DNA of 64,000 nucleotides from Styela clava (Eukaryota): NCBI RefSeq assembly GCF_964204865.1, contig NC_135254.1, positions 21,318,199 to 21,382,198 of the forward strand, read 5' to 3'. Shown piece by piece: positions 61,827 to 64,000 of this stretch (position 1 is its first letter; each line of letters starts with the position of its first letter). The notes under the pieces were generated by a model. It saw only the letters and a program-made list of their open reading frames with translations, ran no database searches and was not told where the DNA came from. The position numbers and the translations under genes were made by a program.

Positions 61827-64000
61827 AGATTCCACTATCCATATTCATAAAGTCAGATGGAGAGAAGAAGTCGAAGATACTCGTTATATACTCGTCATTT
61901 CGTGCACCTGTGGTGTGATCATATTATATGTAATACTATTTAGGCGACTGGAGAAACACATGCTGCATTTTTTGCAAAGCGGAGTGGTATTTATGGATCA
62001 TTCCTGTCATGTCACAGTCTTGCCTTTGCTTGGTGAGAGAATGACACGAAAATATAGATTTTGGTTGCTGACTTGTATGTCAGAGGACTACTCACTACAA
62101 AGCTCAATACCGATTTTATGGTGGCAAATACAATATATATATTAGTTAGTTGCCTTTAATCATAATTAAGTATTAATTTGGAGGTAGTAAAGTACATGTG
62201 GTGGGAAGCTAAACTTTTACAATTCTTAGCATGTTTCATTAATGTCACACATGCAGTGTTACAATATTTTTTTATCAGTTATGTATCCATATAAAAGTTA
62301 TCGACAATGTACCGAGCGACTACCAAATGCTCTCGTTTAATTATTTAAATTACAATATGTGATAAATTTTTGATTGCTTTATTTATTCGTTCGCCTAACT
62401 CCAACGTTTCTCATTTCATATTTGAGGAAACTCTGATACTTCATAAAAACACATTTGGCTGATGGTTCTGTAGGAGTCTGCAAACATAATGGCTTCCAGG
62501 ACAAGTCTTAGACTAATTATATATTTCAATGTTCCAGCCAGTGACTTCTAACCAGCAATCTTAATTCTTGCAAACTCTTATCTCCTATCACTCATCTCTT
62601 GCATATATAAAATTTATTCAGTAATTTTATACCAAATGGTGACTATATCAGCTATGACTATATGTTTCATACTGTTTTAGAAAACTGAATAATTTTTAGG
62701 TATTTGTTACATATAGCTGTTAAGCTTCAATTTCTTATCAGTAAATTTCTGAACATCCACTGGTATTACTGATAATCAAGCCGGATATAACTTCATTAAG
62801 TCTATGCCATTTGTGATGGTAAATGTTACTTATTTTTCATTCAGGAAAATAATTTGGCATTCACTCTTACCATACATCATATATGTCATATACACAAAAA
62901 AACATTTTGAGTGAAAGGAATGTCAAGCCTAACAATAATATTTTCAATGTTGTTTAGAGGTAGATGAGTTCATGTAGTTTTCACCCGCGACAAATGATTT
63001 TAATTGTAATGCTGGAACTGCTAGTTGTTCTCGCTTGAATTTCAAAAGACCAAGTAAGCAATCGGCACCATCATCTGAAAAGTTGCTTTGCTATTGATGC
63101 CAACTCCTCTGAATCTGCAATGGAAGTAAAGCTGTCTTTCCAGCAAGCAGTAGCATGTGCTTGCCACCGATATATATATATATTTGCTTGTTTTCCATAC
63201 TTATTTCAATAGCCCGTTACTGTTGTTTTTTGGTCTCTGTAACGTATAAAAATATATTTGTAGTGGAGCGTAGTAGCATGCTGTATTTCTTGTGTGGATA
63301 AGCAATATTTTGGATCGCTTTTTGTGTATAACCTGGTTATGGGTTTCTGAAGTCCATGCAACTAAAATGAATGAAGCGAAGCAGTGGTCTCACTGGTCTG
63401 CCTACCTTACCTTTTACAGTGCCTTACATAATATACTGCAAGGTACCGTCAAAAAACTGGCCTAAGACCGAGTTGTGCGACATGCACCTCTAGAAAGTAT
63501 AATTGCAGCTTCGGACTGCTGTGGTATAGTAGGACAACAGACATGAAATATAGCGATAAAACTAGTACAAGACAGAATCAGCTTATGGCACGTTCATGCC
63601 CCAGGTTCCGGTGTTAAAGAATGGAAATAAGATATGTAAAAATCGCCATTTCGCTTTGAGCATTGCTCTCTTGCCTTCCCGGTCATGTTCTACTAACAAG
63701 TAGCGAATGACACACATACGCACAATACACAAGTCGCCATACTATGTCTTAGATATGTAGTATGACGTTGACTCTGGAATGACAAGCTGGCAGAACTAGG
63801 CCCTCTAAATCTAAATATATCGCAGCGTTTCTACAAAAGGATGTGGCGTAAGCAAATGTTGCATTTGGTCTGGAACAATTTATGTCGTAACTATCTTCAA
63901 ACGAATTGAGCGCAATGTCAACATGGCGAAGAATGAGTATGTAGGCTATAGCATAGCGTTTCACAACGTAATAATTCGATAGCTTCCAAATTTTTTACTT

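Noticed and set aside
1..64000. tRNA genes, rRNA, CRISPR arrays, prokaryotic promoter or terminator features
   Set aside because: No T-loop-type GGTTCGA(A/T)TCC cloverleaf candidates were found by eye. The window is clearly eukaryotic with spliced genes, so CRISPR and operon features are not expected and none were seen.

Overview
This is a eukaryotic (invertebrate-like), AT-rich window with spliced genes; there is nothing prokaryotic in it (no CRISPR, no operons). I reconstructed four host genes from conserved peptide segments plus GT/AG splice sites with consistent intron phase. (1) An ASIC/ENaC/degenerin-type sodium channel lies on the minus strand at about 1-3915 (N-terminus with TM1, FPAVTIC motif, at least 9 exons); its 3' end runs off the window start. 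(2) The 3' third of mTOR lies on the plus strand at 6037-21102 (12 exons: FRB, kinase, FATC, ending CPFW-stop). The channel gene sits immediately upstream in antisense, so it may be nested in an mTOR intron. (3) A DDIT4/REDD1 (RTP801-family) homologue starts only about 2.7 kb downstream of the mTOR stop codon (TATA box at 23239; CDS 23797-25862). (4) An endophilin-B (SH3GLB/Bif-1) orthologue lies on the plus strand (8 coding exons, 52928-61826). Mobile DNA: a Ty1/copia-like LTR retrotransposon (8314-12425, antisense in an mTOR intron) has identical 197-bp LTRs, a 5-bp TSD (GCCAC) and a tRNA-iMet primer-binding site, but is internally deleted and frameshifted. There are several TIR MITEs with 8-bp TSDs (hAT-like, CAGGG/TAGGG termini), one of which is inserted into a SINE/MITE-like repeat whose intact paralogue shows the empty site. 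A 5'-truncated CR1/L2-like LINE reverse-transcriptase fragment is also present. The most unusual structure is a roughly 9.9-kb element at 41975-51904. It is bounded by an 8-9-bp direct duplication CCCTTTGC(G), and its long terminal inverted arms are built from a 72-bp tandem satellite (about 23 units on the left; two units plus about 13 units on the right). This is a Foldback/MULE-like architecture with no recognisable transposase; the LINE fragment is inserted into its right arm. Other items: a roughly 4.75-kb tandem segmental duplication (25806-30560 and 31482-36970) whose left breakpoint falls inside the DDIT4 last coding exon; a 22-bp tandem duplication that creates twin 3' splice sites at an mTOR kinase-domain exon; and a CpG-rich block (about 12.4-25.8 kb) against CpG-poor surroundings. 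All coordinates are approximate to about +/-1-2 bp, and I found a local +/-1 inconsistency around 25.2 kb between the row labels and the ORF track. The ORF track evidently uses GTG/TTG as alternative starts, so its ORF starts are not reliable ATGs.
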